From Paenibacillaceae bacterium (GTDB taxonomy: Bacteria; Bacillota; Bacilli; Paenibacillales; UBA4045), in contig JBBDIY010000083.1 in assembly GCA_040880185.1 (NCBI GenBank), positions 1,961 to 65,960 of the forward strand: 64,000 nucleotides of DNA, in the 5' to 3' direction. The notes beneath the pieces were generated by a model. That model saw only the letters and a list, made by a program, of their open reading frames with translations. It had not been told where the DNA came from and made no database searches. Shown in pieces: positions 9,789 through 19,300 of the stretch. The position numbers and the translations under genes are program-made. Positions within the stretch are counted from its first letter, which is position 1. The number at the start of each line of letters is the position of its first letter.

Positions 9789-9965
9789 CTACTTTCTCAA
9801 TAAGTTCAGAAATTCCCTCATAAATCCAGGTAGATCGGGCCAAGCGTGACCTGTGACGATATTCCCATCAACGTGTAACGTATCTTTCGCATAAATTGCA
9901 CCTAAATTTTCTACATCTGGACGACATGCTGTGTAGGCGGTAATGAAAAGAATTTTCTTAGTCAT
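9789..9965 (-). pseudogene. Internally deleted DJ-1/PfpI family gene (58 aa, absent from ORF track)
   Basis: Translates to MTKKILFIT|AYTACRPDVENLGAIYAKDTLHVDGNIVTGHAWPDLPGFMREFLNLLRK; PfpI N-terminal strand fused to the C-terminal third; RBS aggagtg. Confidence 0.75.
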
Positions 9966-10040
9966 TCGATCACTCCTCGATTAGATTGGGTATTTATCCC
10001 ATATTCTAATTCTAGCGTAGATTGCTGCTAAAGCATACAT

Positions 10041-10742
10041 CTATTTACCTGATCGTAACGACAACCCATACTTCTTCTTAAATCGTCTCAGGATGCGAAT
10101 CCATGCGTTACCGAATACAAGCATGAACACGACATTCGAGCTTGCATGCAGCAGGTCGAAGATCACACTTGCTGCATATAAAGTTAGAATGGCTTCCCAG
10201 GATATATCCGCCATTGTCGCAATCACACTGGTCAGATTCATTACCCAACCGAACAGAATTCCCACAACAAAACTGAATATAACCTTGCCCCACATGGTCC
10301 GCATCCACCATGTATCCTTTAATAATCCTGCGAAACAGCCAATCATCCCCCAGCTGAACATTTGCCATGGGGTCCATGGCCCTTGGCCAAGGAATATGTT
10401 GGACACGATGGCCGAGAGCGCTCCAATCATAAAGCCACTCTCTGCTCCGAACACCACCGCGCTGACAATGATAATGAAGGTCATCGGGAGCACACTTGGA
10501 ATAGCAGCAAATGGCACTCGGCTGACAGCAGCAATAGCGATCAGCATGACCATCATCATGACTTCGCGTGATTGCATCTTCTTCGCTTCGTATTTCATGA
10601 AGAAGGGGAGCATCGCTAGCCCAACGAATACTAAGCTGAGCAGCCAGTATTGATGATGAGCGACTGCCGAAATCACGGCAATCCCGATGATGAATAAACC
10701 GATGACAACGGGTAGCATATACCGTCGATAAATTAGCTCCAT
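10041..10742 (-). CDS. ECF transporter S component (probably corrinoid-specific)
   Basis: Hydrophobic; GQGPWTPWQM motif; last gene of riboswitch-led operon. Confidence 0.85.
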   Translation of the reverse strand: MELIYRRYMLPVVIGLFIIGIAVISAVAHHQYWLLSLVFVGLAMLPFFMKYEAKKMQSREVMMMVMLIAIAAVSRVPFAAIPSVLPMTFIIIVSAVVFGAESGFMIGALSAIVSNIFLGQGPWTPWQMFSWGMIGCFAGLLKDTWWMRTMWGKVIFSFVVGILFGWVMNLTSVIATMADISWEAILTLYAASVIFDLLHASSNVVFMLVFGNAWIRILRRFKKKYGLSLRSGK

Positions 10743-12469
10743 AACCCCATCACATCCTCCTCCGTTAAAGCTTCCGGTAGATGATGACGTACCATACGAT
10801 TAATGGATGTCGTATAGAAGTAATTCTGGCTGAAAAATTCACGAGGTGAACCACTAGAAGCTATCTCACCGTCGAATAAGAGACTACATCGTGTTGCCGT
10901 AGCAGCGGCAAACTCAACGTCGTGGGTTACCATCAACAAGGTTAACCCTTCTTGATGTAATGTCCGTAGTATGATAGCTAGTTGAAGCTTGGCCTCGGGA
11001 TCTAACCCTTTCGTTGGCTCATCTAAGAGTAGAATGCTCGGCTGCCCTATCAACACACAGGCAAGTGCAAGTTTCTGTTGCTCACCGCCACTCAGATCAT
11101 GAGGGTGACGATTCAACAGCTTCTCCAATGAGAGCTTTAATGTCATCTGCTTCACCATTTGTACAGCATCCGCACCGTCTACTCGCTTTGCAGCCAAGTT
11201 TAATTCCTCTTGCACCGTATCACACACGAAATAGGTCATTGGATTCTGTGGCAGAAATCCGATTGTGCGATATAGCTGTTTGCTCGAGATACTACTCAGC
11301 TTTCTACCTTCCAGCCACACTTGACCTTTCAAAGGCTTAAGCAAGCCAGCAGCCATATGCAGAAGCGTTGATTTCCCTGCGGCATTGCCACCTAATAAAG
11401 CTAACCATTCATTGCTCCTTAGCTCCAAGGAGAGCCGGTTTAACACAAGAGGTTCATCCGCTGCATAACGGAAAGTGACTTCAGATAGTCGAAGTATGGG
11501 TTGCTGATCATGATCGGTTTTGAGAAGATTGCCAATATGAGAATAAGGAGTTTGAGCTGTGTGTGAGCTTGCGATTTTGTTGCTTGTACCTGACGAGTGC
11601 GTTAATAATTCTTGAGAGTGTTCACCCATCCAGTCATCAAACCAAGTTCGACCATCCTTGACATTCAGAGGAACTATGCCGTTCAAAGCATTCTTTTCCA
11701 GAGCGAAAAAGAACTTAGTGGGTGCAGGCAAATAGGTTTGAAATTGTCCCTGCTGCTCTCGCCACATATAGTTAGCCGCTTCCGTACTATCGCCATCGAA
11801 TACAATGGAACCTTCATTCATGATCAATACACGATCTGCAATCGGCATTGCATCATTCAGTCGGTGCTCACTCATAATCACCGTCATGCCTAGCTCCTGA
11901 TTCAAGCGTCGAACCGTCTGCAGGAACTGCTTCGCAGCTATGGGGTCAAGCTGTGCCGTAGGCTCATCTAACAACAGCACCTTCGGCTGTAGCACCAAAA
12001 CTGAGGCTAGATTGAGCAATTGCTTCTGGCCACCGGATAGCTCATCCGTCTGCTGGTCCATCCACGATTCCATGTCAAAATAATGCGCCATCTCCGCCAT
12101 CCTCGAACGGATCGTTTGGGTATCGAAGCCAAGATTCTCGAGACCGAATACCAGCTCCTGCCGAACGTTCTCCATAACAATCTGGCTGTCTGGGTGCTGC
12201 ATGACCATACCGATATCCCCCGGAGGAATTCTCGTGCTCTGATGGTCACCATACATCTCAATACCTTGATACAGCACCTGACCCTCTCTCACACCAACTG
12301 GCACAAGCTCAGGCTTCATGTGTCGAAGCAGCGTTGTTTTGCCACAGCCGGTCGGTCCACATATCAATACAAAGCTACCCTCGGCGATCTGCAAGGACAC
12401 ACCATTAATCGCAGGGGAAACTTCATCTGGGAATGCAAAATATAAATTTCTTACCTCTAACTTCTCCAT
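10733..12469 (-). CDS. ECF transporter double ATPase (fused A-A')
   Basis: Two Walker A motifs (GPTGCGKT, GGNAAGKS), LSGG and LLLDEP twice. Confidence 0.92.
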   Translation of the reverse strand: MEKLEVRNLYFAFPDEVSPAINGVSLQIAEGSFVLICGPTGCGKTTLLRHMKPELVPVGVREGQVLYQGIEMYGDHQSTRIPPGDIGMVMQHPDSQIVMENVRQELVFGLENLGFDTQTIRSRMAEMAHYFDMESWMDQQTDELSGGQKQLLNLASVLVLQPKVLLLDEPTAQLDPIAAKQFLQTVRRLNQELGMTVIMSEHRLNDAMPIADRVLIMNEGSIVFDGDSTEAANYMWREQQGQFQTYLPAPTKFFFALEKNALNGIVPLNVKDGRTWFDDWMGEHSQELLTHSSGTSNKIASSHTAQTPYSHIGNLLKTDHDQQPILRLSEVTFRYAADEPLVLNRLSLELRSNEWLALLGGNAAGKSTLLHMAAGLLKPLKGQVWLEGRKLSSISSKQLYRTIGFLPQNPMTYFVCDTVQEELNLAAKRVDGADAVQMVKQMTLKLSLEKLLNRHPHDLSGGEQQKLALACVLIGQPSILLLDEPTKGLDPEAKLQLAIILRTLHQEGLTLLMVTHDVEFAAATATRCSLLFDGEIASSGSPREFFSQNYFYTTSINRMVRHHLPEALTEEDVMGLWS

Positions 12470-13380
12470 CGAAACTTCTCCCTCCCCTCAATAACGAGTG
12501 GGATCAACAAGTAGCTTATAAATATGAAAAGCTGCACCCACTCCAGCCCGTTGTCCATCACATGATCGTCTAAGGATGGATAAATGTCCATCACACCATA
12601 ACCATATAACCAACCTGATGTACATAGTAGGATTAATAGGGTTAGCAGGGCAAGTGTCACTCGGTCACGCAGATCGAATCGATAGTGATCATAAGAGCTT
12701 CGAGGTCCAGTGCCATAACCTTTTGCAGCTAGTGCATCTGCCGTATGCATTGCTTCTTCAAGCGACCAGACGAGGGCAATTTGTAGCAATCGCGCTCCGT
12801 TCCTCAATCGTTCGATCAAGCTCCCTTGTCGCAAGCTAACACCTCTCGTTCGTTGCACATCGATAATTGTGGAAAGCCTTCTTCTAAGCAACGGTACAAA
12901 ACGAACAGCCATCGCGGTCATAACAGCGATTCTAGGAGATATACGTGAGAATATATAGAGGAACTTCAGAGATCCCATCAATGTGTTGTAGCTCAGGAAA
13001 ACCACAAGAACACATAACACCAATAGCATCATAGTGAAGCCATAAACAATCGATTCCAGCACAATTGGCGTATCCTTGATATAGAATAACACGCGGTCTC
13101 CCCGATGAGAGAACAGTGGATTCCATATCAGAATGGTCAATGCCATCACCGCATAAGCCCAACGCCACTCACGAAGTTGGCCCCATGCGCCGACTACTTT
13201 CACTTGTATGAGCAGGGTAACTAATGCTGTAAGCAGGAATATTGGATGGAAATGTAGCATACATAACAAACCTAAGCCACCATAATAGCTAACAATAACA
13301 ACAGGATGCATCATCTGCATCCCACTATCAGCTACTCTTACTCGACTGGTTCCTCGCTTAGCTCTATGCTGTATATCCAC
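12457..13380 (-). CDS. ECF transporter transmembrane T component (start uncertain, probably near 13320-13340)
   Basis: RFVP, QRTRG and AKGYG T-component motifs. Confidence 0.88.
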   Translation of the reverse strand: MDIQHRAKRGTSRVRVADSGMQMMHPVVIVSYYGGLGLLCMLHFHPIFLLTALVTLLIQVKVVGAWGQLREWRWAYAVMALTILIWNPLFSHRGDRVLFYIKDTPIVLESIVYGFTMMLLVLCVLVVFLSYNTLMGSLKFLYIFSRISPRIAVMTAMAVRFVPLLRRRLSTIIDVQRTRGVSLRQGSLIERLRNGARLLQIALVWSLEEAMHTADALAAKGYGTGPRSSYDHYRFDLRDRVTLALLTLLILLCTSGWLYGYGVMDIYPSLDDHVMDNGLEWVQLFIFISYLLIPLVIEGREKFRWRS

Positions 13381-13991
13381 TCCACGTTGTCCCCTTTGCT
13401 CAGCTTGACCGCACCTGCACTTTTAGTAGCCAGCTTCCCATTTACTTTGAATAACCATCCACTGCTTGCTCCCTGATCGAACTCATACAGATTCGCGATT
13501 CCTTCAACGTAACTTAGCATCCCTCTACCTCTATACTCAAGCGGAATCTTACTACTCTTGGTTACCTGCTTCAATACATCGAGGACACTATCACCATCCC
13601 GCCAGTCTATGGAAGTTGGCTCGAGGATGACTCCCTTCTTCTCATCGCCAATGATCGAAATCGTCACTGTTGATTGAGGCACTGGGTCTTCAGTAGCAGG
13701 GGGTGATAATGTAGCGGGCTCCTTAGTAGAAGGTTCTTCTGCGGGAGTTTCTGTTGTAGGAGCTTCTGTTGCAGGAGTTTCGGTAGCTTGAACTGCCCTC
13801 CGTACAATAACTGGATCATCCAGCTTCGTATTATCTCCCCGTTCACTTTCTTTCCCAAGCTGTACGGTATCTTCAGATGAGACAAAGTTAGTTACTTTTT
13901 CACCACTAGGCTGATTCCCACAACTCGAGGCCAAGAAGAGCAATAAAAGTAGAAGAGGAAGAATCAGCACCTTTTTGCTTATTCTATTCAT
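13338..13991 (-). CDS. DUF4430 (transcobalamin C-terminal-like) lipoprotein
   Basis: Lipobox ASSC, T/E/P/A linker, YVEGIANLYEFDQG..SGWLFKVNG. Confidence 0.8.
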   Translation of the reverse strand: MNRISKKVLILPLLLLLLFLASSCGNQPSGEKVTNFVSSEDTVQLGKESERGDNTKLDDPVIVRRAVQATETPATEAPTTETPAEEPSTKEPATLSPPATEDPVPQSTVTISIIGDEKKGVILEPTSIDWRDGDSVLDVLKQVTKSSKIPLEYRGRGMLSYVEGIANLYEFDQGASSGWLFKVNGKLATKSAGAVKLSKGDNVEWIYSIELSEEPVE

Positions 13992-14014
13992 ACTTCACTC
14001 CTTCCTTTCCCCAC

Positions 14015-16729
14015 TTACTTCTCGTAAATTCGCACAGCTACTGCGGCGGCCATCTCACGAGTTACGGGAGCAAGCGGCATAAATTTGCCGTCGTTGCCAT
14101 ATAGAATTCCATTGTCTGCAACAGCAGTGATATCAGGTATTGAAGTGGTTTTAGCAACACCCAAGTCAGAGAACTTAGCAACTGGGTTACCAGTCGAGAA
14201 CTGCAATGCCTTAGAAGTCATGACCGCCAGCTCCTCACGAGTAATCGCGTTATCCGGTTGGAAGTTGACAACGGTCTTATCAACAATACCAAGCTGCCTC
14301 GCTTTGGCAACCGATCCTTCATACCAAATCGAAGTGGGAACATCGTTATAGCCACTCTTCACATTCACCAGCGGTTGCTCGCCGATTAAGCGGAGCAACA
14401 GTGCAACATACTCGGCGCGAGTAATACTTCTTTGGGCATCGAAAATAACTGATTTGGTGCTCACACCATACATAAAGCCGTACATCATCACCTTCTGCAC
14501 ATCGGATGCAGCCCATGCCGAAACCTGCTGCTGATCATCTAGAATGTACATCTCGGATGTTGCTTTCGCTACAGATGGACCATTGTTCTCGCGATATCCG
14601 GTAACTGTAATCATATGCTTGCCAATCGGAAGCCCCTCTGAGAACACAGCTTTACCTGAACTATCCGTCGTAGCCTTCAAGCCCCCAGCTTCCACTTCAA
14701 CTCCAACAGCTGGTAATATCAACTCTTTATTATCGTTCATCCAATCCCATGTTATCTTCTTAATAAGAATCGAGAACGGCTCGTTCTTCTTGGGCATTAC
14801 CGGCTGTAAATCAATGGATTGTATAGGAGCCGTATCATCGCTAGCGTAACGAACTACGACATGATCACCCACTTCTAATGGGAAGGCCCCAATCCCAACA
14901 GAGGGATTAATCCATTTCCCATCCCGCTTCACGACGAAGCCCCAGCCATCATACCCACCGAATGTACCTTCACTTACATGATCGATTTCAGATACATATT
15001 TCCCGAATGAGAGTTCCTTCACAACATACTGAACATCCTTTGCAGTGAGTAACTGCTCTAATCCTTCTAAAGCATTCTCCGCCTTTACGTTGCCTATTGC
15101 TACAGTATGATCCAAACCTTCGACGGCATATGTTGCTGCCACTTTCTTAGAAGAAACGGTCAAGCTCTCAGAATTCCTAACAACAGTTGGTGCTGAAGCT
15201 ACATTATAACCCGTAACCACCAAATCAAAAGTCCCCGCACTAGATCCATCTGCAAAATGTGCAACACCCAATTCATCCGTTATCGCACTCCTCGCACCAA
15301 CTTGAACCCGAGCACCTGCAGCTGGGGTAACCATTGCAACATTGTTATCCCAATTCCAAGTAGATTGCTTCACTTGAACTGTAAAAGCTTGACCTTCTAG
15401 CGGTTTCGCTGGCTCTACTACTACCTCATCGACCATTTGAGTCGAAAAATCCGTATAGTACACTACCATGACATCACCTTGCTTCAGCTCGTACTCGGCT
15501 ACGCCCACTGCTGGGAACTGCCAACTGCCATCGCGATATACATTAAAGTTCCATTCACCATTGCCATCATATATGCCTTCAGTAATATCTCCGATTGCAT
15601 TCACATACTTACCGTAAGAAGTATCCTTAATGCCTAACTGAATACCCTCAGTCTTTGAGAAATTCATTAACGCATCAAGCGCTGTCTTCCCTGAAACCGA
15701 TCCATCAGCGATCACACCTGCGGGTCCTTCGATACGAATATCAACCGTGGATTGAAGTTGAACCGCTTGATAGAGCGTGAATGACTCACTTTTACTATAG
15801 GAATTATAGGCCACTAACGCTAGCAATGCTTGCTCTGTAGCCATTCCATTCGTTTCAAGCCCCTGCATATGCGCGAAGCCACCATCCGCTTGACGGAATG
15901 ACATAAGATGGCTTAACGCATCTTTACCCGATTTCACGAAAGTCGTCGAATCGATCTTTAGAGCGCTGAGCGCAATAATAACCTGGGCAACACTTTCACT
16001 ATTATCTCCACTATCAATAAAGCCGCCATTGGCTAGTTGCGCTATTGTCAACCATTGAACACCTTTGTTAACACTAGATTGAACACCATCCACAGAAGTG
16101 AATCCTGATAGTGCCGTTAAAGCCATGGCTGTAATATCAACCGTGCTCTTGCCACCTGCAACTAACGACCAACCACCATCCATGTTCTGCTGCTTAAGAA
16201 CAGCATCAAGTAAATTTTCCTTGTTCCATTGGTTACTTGTAGGAAGATTATAGCTACCGCTGTTTAATACCAATAATGCATATATTGATCCATTAATCCC
16301 CTGCTTCATCATATTCGGATGATCGAATATACCACCTATTGGATTTAATCCTTCAAAGTTCTGAGGATCATATCCGATTGCAGCAAGCGCAATGGCGAAT
16401 CGTTCTAAGTCCGTTACCTTAGTGAAGCCGCCATTACTCCACTCGCGGATAGCCGATTTCGCGGAAATCACATAGCTGTCGGGAATCGTATGACCTGTCT
16501 TAGCTAAACCAAGTACTGCCCAATCGGAGAGATTGTCCAAGCTTGCTAATTGCGTGGCTGCACCGTCAATCGCTTCCATTACCGAAGAAGAATTCGCGCT
16601 AGTCGGAGTTGTATGATTCTCAGCCATAGCAGCTCCCACAAGCACCTGACTGAATAATAAGATAACCGACAAGACAACAACCATCTTACGTGACAAACTA
16701 CCAAACTTAAGCTTCTGATTCCTAATCAT
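14015..16729 (-). CDS. S-layer-anchored protein: prenyltransferase/squalene-cyclase-like repeats, two DUF4430 domains, C-terminal SLH domains
   Basis: Signal peptide; QxxDGG(W/F) repeats; two YG/FG-KYV..I...GxW segments; ITRAE/ITREE/VTREM SLH motifs. Confidence 0.82.
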   Translation of the reverse strand: MIRNQKLKFGSLSRKMVVVLSVILLFSQVLVGAAMAENHTTPTSANSSSVMEAIDGAATQLASLDNLSDWAVLGLAKTGHTIPDSYVISAKSAIREWSNGGFTKVTDLERFAIALAAIGYDPQNFEGLNPIGGIFDHPNMMKQGINGSIYALLVLNSGSYNLPTSNQWNKENLLDAVLKQQNMDGGWSLVAGGKSTVDITAMALTALSGFTSVDGVQSSVNKGVQWLTIAQLANGGFIDSGDNSESVAQVIIALSALKIDSTTFVKSGKDALSHLMSFRQADGGFAHMQGLETNGMATEQALLALVAYNSYSKSESFTLYQAVQLQSTVDIRIEGPAGVIADGSVSGKTALDALMNFSKTEGIQLGIKDTSYGKYVNAIGDITEGIYDGNGEWNFNVYRDGSWQFPAVGVAEYELKQGDVMVVYYTDFSTQMVDEVVVEPAKPLEGQAFTVQVKQSTWNWDNNVAMVTPAAGARVQVGARSAITDELGVAHFADGSSAGTFDLVVTGYNVASAPTVVRNSESLTVSSKKVAATYAVEGLDHTVAIGNVKAENALEGLEQLLTAKDVQYVVKELSFGKYVSEIDHVSEGTFGGYDGWGFVVKRDGKWINPSVGIGAFPLEVGDHVVVRYASDDTAPIQSIDLQPVMPKKNEPFSILIKKITWDWMNDNKELILPAVGVEVEAGGLKATTDSSGKAVFSEGLPIGKHMITVTGYRENNGPSVAKATSEMYILDDQQQVSAWAASDVQKVMMYGFMYGVSTKSVIFDAQRSITRAEYVALLLRLIGEQPLVNVKSGYNDVPTSIWYEGSVAKARQLGIVDKTVVNFQPDNAITREELAVMTSKALQFSTGNPVAKFSDLGVAKTTSIPDITAVADNGILYGNDGKFMPLAPVTREMAAAVAVRIYEK

Positions 16730-16752
16730 TACTAATATTCCTCCCCAAATTT

Positions 16753-16782
16753 AAAAAAGCACTCTCCTCTAGGAGAATGCTT
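16753..16782 (-). terminator. Riboswitch expression-platform terminator
   Basis: Minus strand aagcattctcct-aga-ggagagtgc-tttttt just before the RBS of the S-layer gene. Confidence 0.75.
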
Positions 16783-16897
16783 AGGATGATGACGTTAAAC
16801 GAATCATAGATGAGGTCATAATTATAAATTAACCGCTCAACTAATAAAGTTTCGCCTAACACCTCCCTATTCCTCGTAGGTCTGTTACGGTGTCGAC

Positions 16898-17062
16898 AGA
16901 GCAGGCAGGTTTCCTGACTATGGTTCATCGCTTCCTCGCACCTTCCCATTCATAACGAACAGTGGTTTATACGCGGGTTAGCTCCCCATTCACAGTGGCG
17001 GGACCGTGTCGGTATTGCACCGAACTTCCCTATTAAGCCGACGAGATCGGCACCATGCTCTC
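16898..17062 (-). ncRNA. Cobalamin riboswitch
   Basis: Minus strand AATAGGGAAGTTCGGTGCAATACCGACACGGTCCCGCCACTGTG...CCACTG...GGGAAGG...AGTCAGGAAACCTGCC (B12 box). Confidence 0.95.
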
Positions 17063-17257
17063 AACAAATATGCAATTATAATTGCTTAACTACCAAAAAT
17101 ACTATCACGTAAGCGCCCAGACTGTCTACTTTTTTCCCTGATTTGCAGGCTCCATGCATCTAAAAGGCTATGATAAATTTTCATAGCCTGTGACCGGGAC
17201 GGGTCATGAATGTTTTTGTTATATGTCTGGAACCGTAAAAACCATTTTAAGTTTTTA

Positions 17258-17788
17258 CTAATCGCTCTTTTTGTTAATATCTGCAATAATCTGTTGTTGT
17301 ACATCATCCGAACCTAATGCGACTTCTTGTGGTTTCACAATACCTTGTAAGGAAAGATAGATTCCATTAATATTAGTTGCATAGTCCAGAATGTTTCCTT
17401 TCTGATACTCATCTAAATAGTTCTGTGCTTCTTGTACAATGGTTTTTAATTCCTTTTTAACAATTGAGTATATCGTTACGTAATACGGATCACTTGATAT
17501 ATGAAATTTTAATAAAAATTCTTTTAGTAACCGGAAACATTTTAAGGTAATGTAATCCATGTATTTTATTTTTCATTGTTGTATGTCGTGGAGGTAGCGC
17601 GAAATACTGCTCTTTGGTATATAGTTTGCAATATTCGATCTAAACGGAATTGCAAAGTCCTGTCTTCTGCCATTAAACATTAATTTCACAATAATTAAAT
17701 AAGGTCTTTTTTCTAGTTCATTACTCATTAGTTCGCGGTCAAACCCATGTTGATCAAAAAACTTGTCCGAAATAGAACTAAACTTCAT
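17258..17788 (-). pseudogene. Type III TA toxin, TenpN-like endoribonuclease, with two compensating frameshifts (about 176 aa reconstructed)
   Basis: MKFSSISDKFF..KRPYLIIV..FAIPFRSNI; -1 shift at 17613-17615 gives EQYFALPPRHTTMKNKIHGLHYLKMFPVTK; +1 shift at 17522-17525 rejoins EFLLKF..; RBS ggaggt; lies behind repeat array and terminator. Confidence 0.75.
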
Positions 17789-17801
17789 TTGACCTCCCAT
17801 G

Positions 17802-17830
17802 AAAAATTCCCTCATATTTCAGAGGGAATT
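17802..17830 (-). terminator. Intrinsic terminator between antitoxin array and toxin
   Basis: Minus strand aattccctc-tgaaatat-gagggaatt-ttt. Confidence 0.85.
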
Positions 17831-17833
17831 CTC

Positions 17834-18000
17834 AACTTACAAGTGAGTAATATTCTCTTATTGATCTCTCCGTTACTCTCGGGGAGTGAAAACTTACAAG
17901 TGAATGATATTCTACATATTAACATCCCCGTCATTCACGGAGGATTAACTTACAAGTGAGTAATATTCTCTTATTGATCTCTCCGTTACTCTCGGGGAGT
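17834..18000 (-). ncRNA. Type III antitoxin RNA array (TenpI-like), three pseudoknot units A-B-A
   Basis: 17834-17887 and 17947-18000 are identical 54-mers; 17891-17946 is a variant; each can fold as an H-type pseudoknot. Confidence 0.88.
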
Positions 18001-18013
18001 TATTACTAAATAT

Positions 18014-18042
18014 AGTTTAGCACTATTTTGGGGAAATGTAAA
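18014..18042 (-). promoter_or_regulatory. Sigma-A promoter of the type III TA locus
   Basis: TTTACA-17 bp-TAAACT with extended TGn, ending 13 bp before the first repeat. Confidence 0.75.
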
Positions 18043-18196
18043 CAATTTAAGCCAATAATCAGGCTCCTCACAGCCGTAACGTATCCCAACAGATACGATA
18101 AGTCTCACTAATTTGACGCCCTCCCTCCTGATAATGATACAATACGAATTAAGACTAACGATTAACCTTAACTGAAAACTTCGATCGGGGTGGACT

Positions 18197-19300
18197 ATGA
18201 TACCATTTTACAAAAGATATTGGAAAACCGCATTCGATATTGGCCTGATCGTATTGACCGTGTTCCTCATTATGTGGACGTTCAGCTTCCTCTATAGGAT
18301 TGCCACACCGATATTCCTTTCCTTCGTCATTTACTGGATGATTGAACCATTTGCCCGTTTCCTACATAAACGTAGAATGAAAAAATCACTCGCCACAGCA
18401 ATCTCCATGCTCTTGTTTATTATCGTGATCCTAAGTCTGATTGCAGGTGCTGCTCTTATCTTCATTGCACAGATTACGAATCTCGTTGATAAGCTTCCCG
18501 AGTATACCAAGATCGTTCAAGAACAGATCGTCTTACAAACCGACTACCTGACCAGTAAGTTCGATGCGCTGCCCGACGATTTATCCGCTAAAGTTACAGA
18601 ATTGGGTGGCACTATAGCTAGAAAGACAACCTTCGTTATCGGCTGGTTGCTTGCTCATCTGCTCTCCATGCTCAGCTCACTATCTACGTTCGTCGTCAAT
18701 TTTATTGCGGCGATCATCTTAGCTTATTTTCTCAGTGTAGAGATTGAAACTTGGAAGAGAATTGCCAAAGAACAGACGCCTAGCACATTCAAGAAAGCAG
18801 GTGCATTCCTTAGAGATAACGTGTTAACCGGCATTTCCGGCTATCTTAAAGCTCAGCTCAAGCTAATTACACTCACTTTTACACTCGTATTCATTTCACT
18901 TCTAGCACTCGGCATTAATAATGCCTTTTCCGTTTCTTTATTGGCCGCTGCCGTAGATGTGATTCCCTTACTGGGTGTTACGGCTATATTCATTCCTTGG
19001 ATTGTCTACTTATTTATAGTAGGCCAAACCACATTAGCAATCTGGCTAACCGTTGTGCTGGTCGTAATTTTACTCGTTAGACAAATCCTTGAGCCTAAGC
19101 TAGTCGGAGATTCACTCGGTGTTTCCGCATTTACAATGCTCTCGTTCATGATTATATCCTTATCCTTGTTCGGCGTTGCAGGACTCATTCTGTCACCCAT
19201 CCTCATTATTCTGATTAAATCGCTGAATGATCAAGGGTATTTCAAACGATGGATTCGTAGGCCAGCCGATGAATACGATTCTTCACATTCAATTAAGTAA
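18197..19300 (+). CDS. ytvI: Sporulation integral membrane protein YtvI (AI-2E family)
   Basis: GYLKAQ, D.IPLLG..FIPW, RQILEPK..G.SLG motifs. Confidence 0.85.
   Translation: MIPFYKRYWKTAFDIGLIVLTVFLIMWTFSFLYRIATPIFLSFVIYWMIEPFARFLHKRRMKKSLATAISMLLFIIVILSLIAGAALIFIAQITNLVDKLPEYTKIVQEQIVLQTDYLTSKFDALPDDLSAKVTELGGTIARKTTFVIGWLLAHLLSMLSSLSTFVVNFIAAIILAYFLSVEIETWKRIAKEQTPSTFKKAGAFLRDNVLTGISGYLKAQLKLITLTFTLVFISLLALGINNAFSVSLLAAAVDVIPLLGVTAIFIPWIVYLFIVGQTTLAIWLTVVLVVILLVRQILEPKLVGDSLGVSAFTMLSFMIISLSLFGVAGLILSPILIILIKSLNDQGYFKRWIRRPADEYDSSHSIK

Noticed and set aside
14015-16729. Squalene-hopene cyclase / terpene biosynthesis
   Set aside because: Secreted SLH protein without a DxDD motif, under B12 riboswitch control; the repeats are structural
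16722-16949. 75-aa ORF upstream of the S-layer gene
   Set aside because: Lies within the cobalamin riboswitch and its expression platform; no RBS or protein motifs
17086-17307. 73-aa ORF overlapping the toxin 3' end, and + strand ORF 17747-17959
   Set aside because: Alternative-frame or antisense readings of the toxin and array; no RBS or motifs
17834-18000. Mini CRISPR array (repeat AACTTACAAGTGA with spacers)
   Set aside because: Units 1 and 3 are identical over their whole length, the variable parts covary as RNA stems, and there are no cas genes; this fits a type III antitoxin
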